DNA of 64,000 nucleotides from Alphaproteobacteria bacterium (GTDB taxonomy: Bacteria > Pseudomonadota > Alphaproteobacteria > SP197), in assembly GCA_964291265.2 (NCBI GenBank), contig OZ219747.1:3424001-3488000 (forward strand). The letters run 5' to 3'. Below are positions 1-11,732 of the stretch, one piece after another. Position numbers and translations under genes: made by a program. The stretch's first letter is position 1. Every line of letters starts with the position of its first letter. A model generated the notes under the pieces. It saw only the letters and a program-made list of their open reading frames with translations. It did not search any database and was not told the DNA's origin.

Positions 1-362
1 ACCGCCGGTGCATGGCTGGCGCCATGCGCAGGGTCCCGGACACCACCCGCATGTGACGGCCGCCCGACTCCATGATCAACGCCCCGTCATGAGCGAGTCC
101 CACAACCCGGCCCTCCCTTCTCCGACCGCCGGTGCATGGCTGGCGCCATGCGCAGGGTCCCGGACACCACCCGTATGTGACGACCGCCCGACTCCATGAT
201 CAACGCCCCGTCATGAGCGAGTCCCACAACCCGGCCCTCCCTTCTCCGACCGCCGGTGCATGGCTGGCGCCATGCGCAGGGTTCCGGACACCACCCGCAT
301 GTGACGGCCGCCCGACTCCATGATCAACGCTCCGTCATGGGCGAGTCCGACAACCCGGCCCT
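1..362. repeat. 124-bp tandem repeat (about 2.9 copies visible; may continue left of window) derived from birA 3' end
   Basis: Units start ACCGCCGGTGCATGG at 1, 125 and 249; identical except 6 substitutions; third copy is inside birA. Confidence 0.97.
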
Positions 363-990
363 GCGTGTCGATGTCTCCGCTGACAAGGGCATGGGCGCCG
401 ATGCCGGCAGCACGGTCGAGCCAGGCGCGGCGATGGGAATAGAAACCGGAACTCTCCCAGTCCGTCACCCGGTCCTTCAGACGACGGCAGAGCGCGGCAA
501 GAAGGAGATCGCGGTCCACTCCTCGAGCTCCCTCGCTTGCCAGATCCGTGGTGACGACATCCCTGATGGCGGGGTGGCTGACCAGATTGACGCCGATTCC
601 GGCAATCACTGCGCTGCCAGCCGTCTCCACCAGGATCCCGGCCACCTTGGCGTCGTTCAGCAGGATGTCATTGGGCCACTTGCAGCGTGCCGGAGCAAGG
701 TCCGGCGCCGCCGCCTCGATGGACTCGGCGACAGCCACGCCGGTGATGAGGGAGACTTGCGGGAGATCGCGGGGCGCAACGCGGGGCCTGAGAACGAAGG
801 AGGTGTAGGAGTTGCCCGGAGGCGACACGAATTCCCGTCCCCTGCGGCCGCGTCCACTCGTCTGGACGCGCGCCCGAACCACGGTCCAGGCCGCGGCTCC
901 GGACTCTGCCAGGGCGATGGCGACGTCATTGGTGCTCGTCACCTCGTCGCGTTCGACCAGGTGGAAGGGCGGGGGCAGCCTGGTGTTCAT
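211..990 (-). CDS. birA: biotin--[acetyl-CoA-carboxylase] ligase
   Basis: STND, QTSGRGRRGR, KWPNDI, KVAGIL motifs; follows nuoN as usual in alphaproteobacteria. Confidence 0.95.
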   Translation of the reverse strand: MNTRLPPPFHLVERDEVTSTNDVAIALAESGAAAWTVVRARVQTSGRGRRGREFVSPPGNSYTSFVLRPRVAPRDLPQVSLITGVAVAESIEAAAPDLAPARCKWPNDILLNDAKVAGILVETAGSAVIAGIGVNLVSHPAIRDVVTTDLASEGARGVDRDLLLAALCRRLKDRVTDWESSGFYSHRRAWLDRAAGIGAHALVSGDIDTQGRVVGLAHDGALIMESGGRHMRVVSGTLRMAPAMHRRSEKGGPGCGTRS

Positions 991-2453
991 GGACCCGGCA
1001 GGCTCACGCCGGCGACCAGGGTGGCGGCGGCATTCCGGGCACTGTCGAGAAGGGGATCGGAAAACAGGAAGAAACCGACCGTGAGGACCGCCGTCACGGC
1101 AATCACGGGCACCAGGTCGCGACCCACCGGACGGTCGAAGACATCCGCCGGTTCATCGAAATACATGATCTTGACGATCCTGATGTAGTAGAAGGCGCCC
1201 ACCACGCTCATCAGGACTCCGATCACGACCAGCGTGTAGAGGCCGGCGTCAACGGCCGCCAGGAAGACATGGAACTTGCCGAAGAAACCGGCGAGTGGCG
1301 GGATGCCGGCCATGGAAAACATGAAGACGGCCAGGGCCAGAGCCAGGGCCGGTTGGCTGCGCGACAGCCCGGCGAGATCACCGATTCCCTCCACCATGGC
1401 CCCATCACGGCGCATGGCAAGGATACAGCCCCAGGTGCCCAGGCTCATGACCAGATAGATGGCGAGATAGACGGCGACGCCGTGAACCCCGGCTTCGTTC
1501 CCTGCCGCAAGGCCGATCAGGGCGAAACCGGCATGGCCGATGGAACTGTAGGCCATCAGCCGCTTGATGTTGCGCTGGCCGATGGCGCCCAGCGCGCCAA
1601 GCGCCATGGACCCCACCGAAAGAAGGAAGACGATCTGCTGCCAGTGATCGACGAGGGCGGCGAAGGGATCGATGAGCACCCGGACCAGAAGCGCCATGGC
1701 CGCCACCTTCGGCGCCGCCGAGAAAAAGGCGGCAACCGGTGTGGGCGCCCCCTCGTAGACATCGGGAGTCCACATGTGGAAGGGCACGGCGGATATCTTG
1801 AAGGCGAGGCCGGCGGCCATGAAGACGGCGCCGACAAGAATGCCGGTGGCCTCGCGGCCATCCGCGAGAGACACGACAATTCCCTGGAAGGATGTCGTGC
1901 CCGAGAATCCGTAGACCAGGGAACAGCCATAGAGCAGCATGCCGGAGGCGACGGCGCCCAGCACGAAGTACTTGAGGCCGGCCTCGGTGGAGCGCAGCTT
2001 GTCCTGCTGGAATGCCGCGCACACATAGAGCGCCAGGCTCTGCATTTCAAGACCGACATAGAGTGTCATGAGGTCGCTGGCCTGGACCATCAGGTACATG
2101 CCGAGCGTGGCCAGGACCACGAGGACCGGCAGCTCGAAACGTTCCATGGACTCCCGGCGCATGAATCCCCGGGCCATGATCAGGGCCAGCACGGCGCCCG
2201 TCAGCACCAGGACGGTCATGAACCGCCCGAAGGCATCGATGACGAGAAGACCGCCGAAGGGCCGCTCGCCGACGGGCGACATGACGGCCAGGATTGCCGC
2301 TGTCACAAGGGAGGTCACGGCTCCCCAGAAGACAATGTGGGATGCGTTCCTGGAGACGAAGACGCCGACCATGAGAAACGCCATGCCGGCGACGGCAAGC
2401 ACGAGCGCCGGCAGGACGGCCAGCAGGTCCTGCGTGAGGAAGGGAGTCATCAT
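987..2453 (-). CDS. nuoN: NADH-quinone oxidoreductase subunit N
   Basis: STEAGLKYFVLG, PFHMWTPDVYEGAP motifs; ATG overlaps nuoM stop (ATGA). Confidence 0.95.
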   Translation of the reverse strand: MMTPFLTQDLLAVLPALVLAVAGMAFLMVGVFVSRNASHIVFWGAVTSLVTAAILAVMSPVGERPFGGLLVIDAFGRFMTVLVLTGAVLALIMARGFMRRESMERFELPVLVVLATLGMYLMVQASDLMTLYVGLEMQSLALYVCAAFQQDKLRSTEAGLKYFVLGAVASGMLLYGCSLVYGFSGTTSFQGIVVSLADGREATGILVGAVFMAAGLAFKISAVPFHMWTPDVYEGAPTPVAAFFSAAPKVAAMALLVRVLIDPFAALVDHWQQIVFLLSVGSMALGALGAIGQRNIKRLMAYSSIGHAGFALIGLAAGNEAGVHGVAVYLAIYLVMSLGTWGCILAMRRDGAMVEGIGDLAGLSRSQPALALALAVFMFSMAGIPPLAGFFGKFHVFLAAVDAGLYTLVVIGVLMSVVGAFYYIRIVKIMYFDEPADVFDRPVGRDLVPVIAVTAVLTVGFFLFSDPLLDSARNAAATLVAGVSLPGP

Positions 2454-3967
2454 CCGCCGTCTGCCGTGGCGAAGGACACCGCTTCGTTCGCTGCCGCGGT
2501 CTGTTCGACGAGGTTGGCGACCGAGGCGTGCATGGCGTCGAGCAGTGATTCCGGCCACACACCCATGATCAGCACGGCCGCCACCAGCGGTACGAAGAAC
2601 AGCATCTCGCGCCTGTTGCAGTCGCTGATCGACTTCAGTTCCGTCTTCACGAGATCGCCGAACACGACGCGCCGGTAGAGCCACAGCATGTAGGCCGCAC
2701 CCAGCACGATCCCCGTGGTGGCCAGAAACGCCACCCAGGTGTTGGCCCGGAATGCGCCGACGAGAACCAGGAACTCACCGATGAATCCCGAGGTGCCGGG
2801 CAGGCCCACGGACGCCAGCATGAACACCATGAAGACCAGGGCATAGCGCGGCATGCGGTGAACGAGGCCGCCGTAGGTGGCGATCAGGCGGCTGTGCACC
2901 CTGTCATAGACGACGCCGACCACGAGAAAGAGAGCGGCCGAGACAACCCCGTGGGACAGCATCTGGAAGAGGCCGCCTTCGATTCCCTGCTGATTCATGG
3001 TGAAGAGCCCGATGGTCACGAAGCCCATGTGAGCCACCGAGGAATAGGCAATGAGCTTCTTCATGTCCTCCTGCATCAGCGCCACGAGGGAGGTGTAGAT
3101 GATGGCGACGATGGACAGGCAATAGACCAGCGGCGAGAAATAGACCGATGCCTCCGGCAGCATCGGCAGGGAAAACCTGAGAAACCCGTACGCTCCCATC
3201 TTGAGCAGGATGCCGGCGAGGATGACGGATCCCGCCGTCGGCGCCTCGACATGGGCATCCGGCAGCCACGTGTGGAACGGCCACATCGGCACCTTGACCG
3301 CGAACGAGGCGAACATGGCCAGCCACAGCCAGCGCTGCAGGTCCTCGTCGAATCTCCAGTCCATGAGATCGGGGATGCTGGTCGTGCCGGCCTCGAAGTA
3401 CATCGTCAGCACCGCCACCAGCAGCAACACCGAACCGGCGAGTGTGTAGAGAAAGAACTTGAATGCCGAGTAGACGCGCCGTGGCCCGCCCCAGATGCCG
3501 ATGATCAGGAACATCGGGATCAGCATCGCCTCGAAGAAGAGGTAGAAGAGAACGAAATCGAGGGCACAGAAGACTCCGATGATGAAGGCTTCCATGACCA
3601 GGAAGGCGATCATGTATTCCCTCACCCGAGTGCGGATGGAGTCCCACGAACAGAGAATGCAGACGGGCACCAGGAAGGCCGTCAGCACGATCAGGAGGAG
3701 GGAGATGCCGTCAACCCCAAGGTGATACTCGATACCGAACGCCGGAATCCACGGAGCCCTCTCGACAAACTGGAATTCCGACGTGGTGGTGTCGAAAGTG
3801 GCCCAGATGAGAAGCACGACAACGAGGACGACGAAGGACGTCCACAGGGCGACATAGCGCGTGTTGCGGGTCACCGCCTCGGCGTTGTCTCCGCGCGTCA
3901 GCAACACGAAGGCCGCACCGACCAGGGGCAGGAAGATGGCCAGGGAAAGAAGCGGCCACTGCGACAT
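2450..3967 (-). CDS. nuoM: NADH-quinone oxidoreductase subunit M
   Basis: PFHTWLPDAHVEAPT, KKLIAYSS motifs; operon order. Confidence 0.97.
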   Translation of the reverse strand: MSQWPLLSLAIFLPLVGAAFVLLTRGDNAEAVTRNTRYVALWTSFVVLVVVLLIWATFDTTTSEFQFVERAPWIPAFGIEYHLGVDGISLLLIVLTAFLVPVCILCSWDSIRTRVREYMIAFLVMEAFIIGVFCALDFVLFYLFFEAMLIPMFLIIGIWGGPRRVYSAFKFFLYTLAGSVLLLVAVLTMYFEAGTTSIPDLMDWRFDEDLQRWLWLAMFASFAVKVPMWPFHTWLPDAHVEAPTAGSVILAGILLKMGAYGFLRFSLPMLPEASVYFSPLVYCLSIVAIIYTSLVALMQEDMKKLIAYSSVAHMGFVTIGLFTMNQQGIEGGLFQMLSHGVVSAALFLVVGVVYDRVHSRLIATYGGLVHRMPRYALVFMVFMLASVGLPGTSGFIGEFLVLVGAFRANTWVAFLATTGIVLGAAYMLWLYRRVVFGDLVKTELKSISDCNRREMLFFVPLVAAVLIMGVWPESLLDAMHASVANLVEQTAAANEAVSFATADGG

Positions 3968-3972
3968 CGATC

Positions 3973-5913
3973 CTAACCCCAGACCCTGAAGAGAAACCAG
4001 CTGGCCAGCACGACGAGGCCGATCAGCATGGCAAAGGCGTAGTGATAGAGATAGCCCGACTGCAGGATCCTGGCACGGCGCGCCAGGGAGAGTGTGGCGC
4101 CGGCAACTCCGTCAGGGCCCAGGCCATCGATCACGTCGCCATCTCCCGACTTCCACAGTCCCAGACCGATCCGTTTTGCCGGCCGCACCAGCAGGGCTTC
4201 GTAGATCTCGTCGAAATACCACTTGTTGAGAAGAAAGCGGTGGCTGCGAGAGAAACGGGAGGCAAGGCGCCCCGGCAGGGTCGGCCTCTTCACATAGGCC
4301 CACCAGGCGGCCGCGATCCCTCCTGTCGCCACCACAAGGACCAGCGCCTTGATGACGAGGGGCGTGTCGCGGTGGGCCTTCTCGATGACGTTCTCGCCCA
4401 GCATCAGGATCGACGATCCGAAGAAGTCCGCGCCACCATGATCCACCATGTGTCCTCCCAGCACCGGCAGTCCGCCGACGAGGGCGCCTCCGGCGAGAAC
4501 CAGCAGCGGCGCCCACATGAGGCGCGGCGCCTCGTGTGCGTGCTCGAGCACCTCGGCTGTCATGCGAGGCCTGCCGTGGAATGTCATGATGATCAGGCGC
4601 CACGAATAGAGCGCCGTGAGAAAGGCAGCCCCAACGCCGATCCAGAAGGCATATCCAGCGGCGAAACCGTCGGTCACGAAGGCCGATTCGATGATGAGAT
4701 CCTTCGACCAGTAGCCGGCAAACACCGGGATGCCGGCGAGAGCAAGACTGCCGATCCACATGTAGGCGTAGGTCACGGGCATGCGGCGCCACAGTCCTCC
4801 CATCCGGCGCATGTCCTGTTCGCCGCCGACTGCGTGAATGACCGCACCGGATCCCAGGAACAGCAGGGCCTTGAAGAAGGCATGGGTGAAGAGATGGAAG
4901 AGCGCCACCGGGTAGGCTCCGAGGCCGCAGGCAAGGAACATGTAGCCGAGCTGGCTGCAGGTCGAATAGGCGATGACGCGCTTGATGTCATTCTGTACCA
5001 GGCCCACGGTCGCCGCGAAGAGGGCCGTTGAAGCGCCGACGATGGTCACCACCCACAGCGCCGTCGGAGCGAATTCGAACATGGGTGACAGGCGCACCAC
5101 CATGAACACGCCGGCCGTGACCATGGTGGCGGCGTGGATCAGGGCCGATACCGGGGTCGGCCCCTCCATGGCGTCGGGAAGCCAGGTATGCAGTGGCACC
5201 TGGGCCGATTTTCCCATGGCGCCAACGAACAGGAGCAGACAGAGCAGAGTCAGCGTGTCGACCTCCATCGACAGGAAGGCGAGCGATGTCCCCGCCACGT
5301 CGGGAACCGCAGCGAAGACGGCATCGAAGGCTACCGTGTCGAACACGAGGAAGACGCCCATGATGCCAAGCGCGAGGCCGAAATCCCCGATCCGGTTGAC
5401 AATGAAGGCCTTGATGGCCGCAGCGTTGGCGCTCGGTCTCCTGTACCAGAATCCGATCAGCAGGTAGCTGCAGACACCGACTCCCTCCCAGCCGAAGAAC
5501 ATCTGCACGAAGTTGTCGGCCGTCACCAGCATCAGCATGGCGAACGTGAAGAGGGAGAGATAGGCGAAGAACCGCGGCCTGTGGGGATCGTGCGCCATGT
5601 AACCCAGGGAATAGACATGGACCACGGCCGACACCGTGGTCACCACGACCAGCATGACAGCGGTCACCTGATCAAGCGCAATCGCCCAGCTGACCTCGAA
5701 ACTGCCGGAGTCGATCCACGTGAAGAGATGCAGCGTGACATGTTCCGCGGAGCCCGTGAGCTGAAAGAAGACGATCCAGCAGAGGACAGCCGACGCCACC
5801 AGCAGCACCGACGCCAGAGGGGGCGCGACGCGGTCGCCCAGCCAGCGCCCGCAGAAGCCCGAGATCACGGCGCCCAACAAGGGCAGGAACACAGCGACAA
5901 CGGCGTGAAGCAC
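3973..5913 (-). CDS. nuoL: NADH-quinone oxidoreductase subunit L
   Basis: GKSAQVPLHTWLPDAMEGPTPVSAL, HAFFKALLFL. Confidence 0.97.
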   Translation of the reverse strand: MLHAVVAVFLPLLGAVISGFCGRWLGDRVAPPLASVLLVASAVLCWIVFFQLTGSAEHVTLHLFTWIDSGSFEVSWAIALDQVTAVMLVVVTTVSAVVHVYSLGYMAHDPHRPRFFAYLSLFTFAMLMLVTADNFVQMFFGWEGVGVCSYLLIGFWYRRPSANAAAIKAFIVNRIGDFGLALGIMGVFLVFDTVAFDAVFAAVPDVAGTSLAFLSMEVDTLTLLCLLLFVGAMGKSAQVPLHTWLPDAMEGPTPVSALIHAATMVTAGVFMVVRLSPMFEFAPTALWVVTIVGASTALFAATVGLVQNDIKRVIAYSTCSQLGYMFLACGLGAYPVALFHLFTHAFFKALLFLGSGAVIHAVGGEQDMRRMGGLWRRMPVTYAYMWIGSLALAGIPVFAGYWSKDLIIESAFVTDGFAAGYAFWIGVGAAFLTALYSWRLIIMTFHGRPRMTAEVLEHAHEAPRLMWAPLLVLAGGALVGGLPVLGGHMVDHGGADFFGSSILMLGENVIEKAHRDTPLVIKALVLVVATGGIAAAWWAYVKRPTLPGRLASRFSRSHRFLLNKWYFDEIYEALLVRPAKRIGLGLWKSGDGDVIDGLGPDGVAGATLSLARRARILQSGYLYHYAFAMLIGLVVLASWFLFRVWG

Positions 5914-5919
5914 GGCTGA

Positions 5920-6228
5920 CTAACCCTTCATCGTCGAGATGTCTTCTACCGCGATGGAACTGCGGTTGCGGAAGAAGACAACGAGGATGGCCAGCCCGAT
6001 GGCCGCCTCGGCAGCGGCGACGGTCAGCACGAACATGGCGAAGACCTGCCCGACGAGATCACCGAGCTCGACGGAAAAGGCCACCAGATTGATGTTGACG
6101 GCAAGCAGCATCAGTTCCACGGACATCAGGATGATGATCACGTTCTTGCGGTTGAGGAATATGCCGAGGATTCCCAGGGTGAAGAGGATCGCCGCCAATG
6201 CCAGATAATGGTCAAGCCCGACAGCCAT
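5920..6228 (-). CDS. nuoK: NADH-quinone oxidoreductase subunit K
   Basis: [17 protein letters not shown]. Confidence 0.97.
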   Translation of the reverse strand: MAVGLDHYLALAAILFTLGILGIFLNRKNVIIILMSVELMLLAVNINLVAFSVELGDLVGQVFAMFVLTVAAAEAAIGLAILVVFFRNRSSIAVEDISTMKG

Positions 6229-6229
6229 G

Positions 6230-6853
6230 TCAGACCCCCTCCCCGCGCCGGGTGTCGCGGAGCCTGATCACGTCCTCGGGGCGTCGTCGGACCTGATCAC
6301 CGATTCGCTGACGCTTGATCGGACGATGACGCAAGGTCAGCACGATGGCTCCGATCATGGCGATGAGGAGAATGATGCCGGCAGCCTGGAAGAGAAGCGC
6401 ATAGCGGGTGTAGAGCACGTCGCCGAGGGCAGCTGTGTTGCTGCGCACCTCCAGGGGCGGCACGGGCTCTGCCAGTCCGCTTGCCATGGCCGGCTCGTAC
6501 TGCCACAGCCCGGCGACGATGACGAGTTCGACGAGCAGGACAAGGCCGACAAGGGCGCCGATGGGAAGATAGCCGAGAAAGCCCCGGCGCATCTCGGCAA
6601 GGTCGATATCGAGCATCATGACGACAAACAGGAAGAGAACGGCGACAGCGCCCACGTAGACGATGACCAGGATCATGGCCAGGAACTCGGCGCCCATGAG
6701 AACGAAGAGGGCCGCCGCACTGAAGAATGCCAGGATCAGGCAGAGCACGGAGTGCACGGGGTTGCGCGCCACGATCACGACAATGGCCGAAACCAGCAGA
6801 ACGGCGGCGAAGAGGTAGAACGCGAGTGTCTGGAGAATCATGGCGCCTGTCAC
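6230..6853 (-). CDS. nuoJ: NADH-quinone oxidoreductase subunit J
   Basis: [23 protein letters not shown]; start may be a few codons downstream. Confidence 0.95.
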   Translation of the reverse strand: MTGAMILQTLAFYLFAAVLLVSAIVVIVARNPVHSVLCLILAFFSAAALFVLMGAEFLAMILVIVYVGAVAVLFLFVVMMLDIDLAEMRRGFLGYLPIGALVGLVLLVELVIVAGLWQYEPAMASGLAEPVPPLEVRSNTAALGDVLYTRYALLFQAAGIILLIAMIGAIVLTLRHRPIKRQRIGDQVRRRPEDVIRLRDTRRGEGV

Positions 6854-7338
6854 CTGTAGGGGGCGTCCGCGGCAAGCCGCGCCGCGATTTCCTTCTCCCA
6901 GCGGTCACCGTTGGCGAGAAGCCGTTCCTTGTCATAGAAAAGCTCCTCGCGGGTTTCCGTGGCGAACTCGAAGTTCGGCCCCTCGACGATGGCATCCACC
7001 GGACAGGCTTCCTCGCAGAACCCGCAATAGATGCACTTCGTCATGTCGATGTCATAGCGTGTGGTGCGGCGACTGCCATCCTCGCGCGGCTCCGCCTCGA
7101 TGGTGATCGCCTGGGCCGGGCAGACGGCCTCGCACAGTTTGCAGGCGATGCAGCGCTCTTCGCCGTTGGCATAGCGCCGCAAGGCATGCTCCCCGCGGAA
7201 ACGGGGCGACAATGGTCCCTTCTCGAAGGGATAGTTGATGGTCGCCCGTCTCCGGAAGAGGTAGCTGAATGTCCTCATCATGCCGGCAACAAGCTCCGTG
7301 AGCAGTACTGTGCGAATCACGCGACGGAACATGGTCAT
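6850..7338 (-). CDS. nuoI: NADH-quinone oxidoreductase subunit I
   Basis: Two CxxCxxCxxxCP ferredoxin motifs, [11 protein letters not shown]; GGAGG upstream of ATG at 7338. Confidence 0.96.
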   Translation of the reverse strand: MTMFRRVIRTVLLTELVAGMMRTFSYLFRRRATINYPFEKGPLSPRFRGEHALRRYANGEERCIACKLCEAVCPAQAITIEAEPREDGSRRTTRYDIDMTKCIYCGFCEEACPVDAIVEGPNFEFATETREELFYDKERLLANGDRWEKEIAARLAADAPYR

Positions 7339-7360
7339 CCGCCGTCCTCCTGACCGGGTA

Positions 7361-8389
7361 TCATCGTGGCAGCCATCCGAACACCTGCAGCGCACCCGCC
7401 ACCACCACGACCGCCGCCAGGGAAAGCGGCAGGAACACCTTCCACCCAAGGCGCATGAGCTGATCATATCGATAGCGCGGGAACGTTGCTCTCACCCAGA
7501 TGAAGAGGAAGAGCATGAGGGCCGTCTTGAGGAGGAACCACAGCGGCCCGGGAATCCAGTCCAGCCACGGACCCTCGAAGGGAGGCAGCCAACCGCCCAG
7601 AAAGAGCGTGGCAGCGAGCCCCGAAAGGAGGACCATGTTGGCGTATTCACCCATGAAGAACAGGGCGAATGTCATGGCCGAGTACTCGACATTGTAACCG
7701 GAAACGAGTTCCGACTCCGCCTCCGGCAGATCAAAGGGTGCGCGGTTCGTCTCCGCCAGTGCCGAAATGAAGAAGATCACGAACAGCGGGAACAGGGGCA
7801 CGATGTACCATGACCAGAAACCACCGCTCTGGGAACGGACGATGTCGGCGAGGTTGAGCGAACCGACACACACCAGAACGGCGACGAGGACGAAACCGAT
7901 GGAGACCTCGTACGAGACCATCTGTGCCGCCGAACGCAGGGCTCCGAGGAAGGCGTAACGCGAATTCGAGGCCCAGCCTGCCATGATGACGCCATAGACA
8001 CCGAGCGACGAGACGGCAAAGAGATAGAGGATGCCGACATTGATGTCGGCGACGGCCCAGACTCCCGAAGCGCTCTCACCGAGGGGAATCACGGCCCATC
8101 CCACCATGGCGGTGACGAAGGTGACGATCGGCGCGAGGATGAAGATGACCCGGTTGGCGCCTGCAGGAATGATGGTTTCCTTCAGGAGCAGCTTTCCGGC
8201 ATCGGCAAAGGGCTGGAGCAATCCGAAGGGACCGACGATGTTCGGACCGCGACGCAGCTGCATCGCTGCCATGACCTTGCGTTCCGCATAGGTGAGAAAG
8301 GCAACGCTCACCAGGAGCGGAACCAGGATCGCCGCAATGGAGAGCAGCACCAGGACGAGGTGCCAGATCCACTCCGTGATCAGCTGCAT
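7361..8389 (-). CDS. nuoH: NADH-quinone oxidoreductase subunit H
   Basis: [28 protein letters not shown]. Confidence 0.97.
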   Translation of the reverse strand: MQLITEWIWHLVLVLLSIAAILVPLLVSVAFLTYAERKVMAAMQLRRGPNIVGPFGLLQPFADAGKLLLKETIIPAGANRVIFILAPIVTFVTAMVGWAVIPLGESASGVWAVADINVGILYLFAVSSLGVYGVIMAGWASNSRYAFLGALRSAAQMVSYEVSIGFVLVAVLVCVGSLNLADIVRSQSGGFWSWYIVPLFPLFVIFFISALAETNRAPFDLPEAESELVSGYNVEYSAMTFALFFMGEYANMVLLSGLAATLFLGGWLPPFEGPWLDWIPGPLWFLLKTALMLFLFIWVRATFPRYRYDQLMRLGWKVFLPLSLAAVVVVAGALQVFGWLPR

Positions 8390-10434
8390 GACGTGCTCTG
8401 CCCCGCGCCGGGAAGAAAGGCATCCGTGGCAAGGCCCATAGTGGGAGAGGCGCGGCTGATCGTGCAGGTCCGATAGAAGTTGCCGACTGCCGGCAGAAAG
8501 GGATCGTCCGTCATCTCCCGGGTGGAGCCGAAGGACTGCCAGGGCGCCGGCGTGATCGTGTCAAGGGCGCCAAGATGCGGCACCTCCCCGGTCATGGCCC
8601 CGCGCAGGCTGTCAAGATCGTCAAAGGGCAGCGGCACACCGAGGTATCCGGAAAGCGCCCGCAGGATTCGCCAGTCCTCGCGGGCCTCACCGGGCGGGAA
8701 CACGGCACGCTGGGCACGCTGCGGCCGTCCCTCGAGATTGACGTAGGTGCCGTCCTTCTCCGTCCACGCCGCCGCCGGCAGGATGACATCGGCAACGGCG
8801 GCGCCCCGGTCGCCGTGATGGCCGATGTAGACGACGAAGGCGCCTCGAAGAACCGAGGTATCGATCTCGTCTGCACCCAGCAGGAAAACCGTATCCACTG
8901 CCGATCCCGCAGCGGCGAGCATGCCGGCGGTGTCGAGTCCACCACGTCCAGGAACAAACCCCAGGTCGAGACCGCCTACCCGCGATGCCGCCAGGTTGAG
9001 GACACCGAAACCGTTCCAGTCTTCCTGGACGGCGCCAAGCGCATCGGCAATGCGTGCCGCGGTGCCCAGTACCGCGTCTCCATCGTCTCGCGCCAGCGCG
9101 CCCTTGCCGACGATGACCAGCGGTTTGGCAGCGCCGACGAAGGGTGATTCGCCCGCCTCGATATGGCGCAGCGTGTCTGTCGCGTTGCCCAGTTCGGTCA
9201 CGGGATAGGAGTGATCATCCGCCGGTCCGGCACTGACAACGGAAAAGCCGCCAGCAAGCCAGCGCTTCCTCAGCCGGGCATTGACGATGGCCGCCTCGCG
9301 CCGAGGCAGCGTGCCGATCAGCAGACAGGCATCGGCGTCCTCGATACCGGCGATGGTGCTGTTGAAGAGCCAGGAGGCACGCACGTCCGGGTCGACGGCC
9401 ATGCTGTCCTGTCGGCAGTCCATGTGTGGAGACCCGATGGCTGTCATCATCCGCTTCATGGTGAACAGGGTCTCGCAATCGACAAGATCACCGGCAATCG
9501 TGGCGACACGCGCTGCATCGCGACTCTCGAGGCGGTGGGCAATCGCGCCCAGCGCCTGTTCCCAGGAAGCTTCCTCCAGTCCGCTCCCGCCTCGCACCCA
9601 GGGCCGGTCGAGCCGCCGCCGAAGAAGACCGTCGATGGCAAAGCGTGTCTTGTCCGAAATCCACTCCTCGTTGATGTCCTCGTGCAGGCGCGGCAGCACT
9701 CGCAGCACCTCCCGGCCTCTCGAATCAACGCGCACGTTGCTGCCCGTTGCATCCATGACGTCGACGGATTCCGTCGTCACGAGCTCCCAGGGCCGCGCCA
9801 CGAAGGCATAGGGCCCGGACGTAAGCGCTCCCACCGGACACAGATCGATGACGTTGCCTGAAAGCTCGCTTGCGATGCCCTCTTCGATGTAGTTCGTGAT
9901 CTCCATCGACTCGCCGCGACCGGTGGCCCCGAGGGCCGGAACACCGGCGACTTCGTCAAGAAATCGAATGCAGCGCGTACAGTGAATGCAACGGGTCATC
10001 GCCGTCTTGATCAGGGGGCCGAAGTCCTTCTCCCGGACCGATCGCTTCTGTTCACCGTAACGGCTGATCCCCGCGCCATACCCCATGGCCTGGTCCTGCA
10101 GGTCACACTCCCCTCCCTGATCGCAGATCGGGCAGTCGAGAGGGTGGTTGACAAGCAGGAACTCCATAGCGCTCCTTTGCGCCTTCCTCGCCACCGCACT
10201 CCTCGTGGAGACCACCATGCCGTCCATGAGCGACTGGGCGCACGATGCGACCGGCTTGGGCGCCTTCTCCACTTCGACAAGGCACATGCGGCAGTTGCCG
10301 GCAATCGACAACCTGTCGTGGAAACAGAAACGTGGAACTTCCGCGCCGGCCAGTTCACAGGCCTGCAGCAGGCTCAAGCGACGGTCGACATCGATCTCGA
10401 CGCCGTCGACCGTGATGGTGACCGTCTCCGCCAT
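8380..10434 (-). CDS. nuoG: NADH-quinone oxidoreductase subunit G
   Basis: [34 protein letters not shown]; start MAETV. Confidence 0.96.
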   Translation of the reverse strand: MAETVTITVDGVEIDVDRRLSLLQACELAGAEVPRFCFHDRLSIAGNCRMCLVEVEKAPKPVASCAQSLMDGMVVSTRSAVARKAQRSAMEFLLVNHPLDCPICDQGGECDLQDQAMGYGAGISRYGEQKRSVREKDFGPLIKTAMTRCIHCTRCIRFLDEVAGVPALGATGRGESMEITNYIEEGIASELSGNVIDLCPVGALTSGPYAFVARPWELVTTESVDVMDATGSNVRVDSRGREVLRVLPRLHEDINEEWISDKTRFAIDGLLRRRLDRPWVRGGSGLEEASWEQALGAIAHRLESRDAARVATIAGDLVDCETLFTMKRMMTAIGSPHMDCRQDSMAVDPDVRASWLFNSTIAGIEDADACLLIGTLPRREAAIVNARLRKRWLAGGFSVVSAGPADDHSYPVTELGNATDTLRHIEAGESPFVGAAKPLVIVGKGALARDDGDAVLGTAARIADALGAVQEDWNGFGVLNLAASRVGGLDLGFVPGRGGLDTAGMLAAAGSAVDTVFLLGADEIDTSVLRGAFVVYIGHHGDRGAAVADVILPAAAWTEKDGTYVNLEGRPQRAQRAVFPPGEAREDWRILRALSGYLGVPLPFDDLDSLRGAMTGEVPHLGALDTITPAPWQSFGSTREMTDDPFLPAVGNFYRTCTISRASPTMGLATDAFLPGAGQSTSCS

Positions 10435-10439
10435 GGTCG

Positions 10440-11729
10440 TCACGCCGCCTGCCTCATGTTCCGGCGGCAGGCCTCGATGCGTCGTTCCAGTTCGGGGCGG
10501 AAGTGGCGTATCAGGCCCTGGATCGGCCATGCTGCAGCATCGCCAAGGGCACAGATGGTGTGGCCCTCTATCTGGGTCGTGACCTCCTGCAGCAGGTCGA
10601 TCTCGCCGGGTTCCGCCCGGCCCTCGATCATGCGCCCGAGCACACGCATCATCCAGCCGGTCCCTTCACGGCATGGGGTGCACTGGCCACAACTCTCGTG
10701 GTGATAGAACTTCGACAATCGCCAGATCGCCCGGACGATGTCGGTGGATCGGTCCATGACGATGACCGCGGCGGTGCCAAGACCCGACTGGACGTCCTTG
10801 AGGCGGTCGAAATTCATCGCCACGTCGTCACAGATCGCCTTCGGGATCAGGGGAACGGAGGAGCCGCCCGGGATGACGGCAAGAAGGTTGTTCCAGCCTC
10901 CCCTGACACCCCCTGCGTGGCGCTCGATGAGTTCCCTCAAGGAAATTCCCATCTCCTCCTCGACATTGCAGGGCTCGTTGACGTGACCGGAGATGCAGAA
11001 GATCTTGGTACCGGTGTTCTTCGGTTCACCCAGGCCGGCAAACCACGAAGCGCCACGGCGCATGATGGTCGGCGCCACGGCCACGGTCTCGACATTGGAG
11101 ATGGTCGTCGGACATCCCCAGAGCCCCGCCATGGCCGGAAACGGCGGCTTGAGGCGCGGCATGCCCTTCTTGCCCTCGAGGCTTTCGAGGAGGGCCGTCT
11201 CCTCGCCGCAGATGTAGGCTCCGGCGCCGCGGTGGAGGTGGATATCGAAGTCGTATCCCGAACCGCAGGCATTGCGTCCGATGAGACCGGCCTCCAGTGC
11301 TTCGTCGATGGCGGACTGGAGCACTCTTGCCTCGTTCGCGAACTCGCCGCGGATGTAGATGTAGGCCGCCGTCGCGCGCATGGCGAAACCGGCGACAAGA
11401 CAGCCTTCGATGAGTTTGTGGGGATCATGGCGGATGATGTCGCGATCCTTGCAGGTGCCGGGCTCGCTCTCGTCCGCATTCACCACGAGAAAGGCCGGTT
11501 GACCGGAGGGGCGTTCAGCCGGCATGAACGACCACTTGAGGCCCGTCGGGAATCCGGCGCCGCCACGACCACGCAGTTCCGATGCCTTGACTTCACCGAT
11601 GATGTCGGCCGCACCCCGCGCCAGCAGCTGGCCTGTGCCGTCCCAGTCCCCCCGCCTTCTCGCTGCATCCAGAAACGGGCTCTGGAAACCGTAGAGATTG
11701 GTGAAGATCCGGTCCCTGTCCTGCAGCAT
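10440..11729 (-). CDS. nuoF: NADH-quinone oxidoreductase subunit F
   Basis: [35 protein letters not shown]. Confidence 0.97.
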   Translation of the reverse strand: MLQDRDRIFTNLYGFQSPFLDAARRRGDWDGTGQLLARGAADIIGEVKASELRGRGGAGFPTGLKWSFMPAERPSGQPAFLVVNADESEPGTCKDRDIIRHDPHKLIEGCLVAGFAMRATAAYIYIRGEFANEARVLQSAIDEALEAGLIGRNACGSGYDFDIHLHRGAGAYICGEETALLESLEGKKGMPRLKPPFPAMAGLWGCPTTISNVETVAVAPTIMRRGASWFAGLGEPKNTGTKIFCISGHVNEPCNVEEEMGISLRELIERHAGGVRGGWNNLLAVIPGGSSVPLIPKAICDDVAMNFDRLKDVQSGLGTAAVIVMDRSTDIVRAIWRLSKFYHHESCGQCTPCREGTGWMMRVLGRMIEGRAEPGEIDLLQEVTTQIEGHTICALGDAAAWPIQGLIRHFRPELERRIEACRRNMRQAA

Positions 11730-11732
11730 GAC

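Noticed and set aside
1-362. Repeat array as CRISPR, and the two 63-aa plus-strand ORFs as genes
   Set aside because: Units are contiguous with no unique spacers and no cas genes; the ORFs are antisense shadows of the birA-derived repeat
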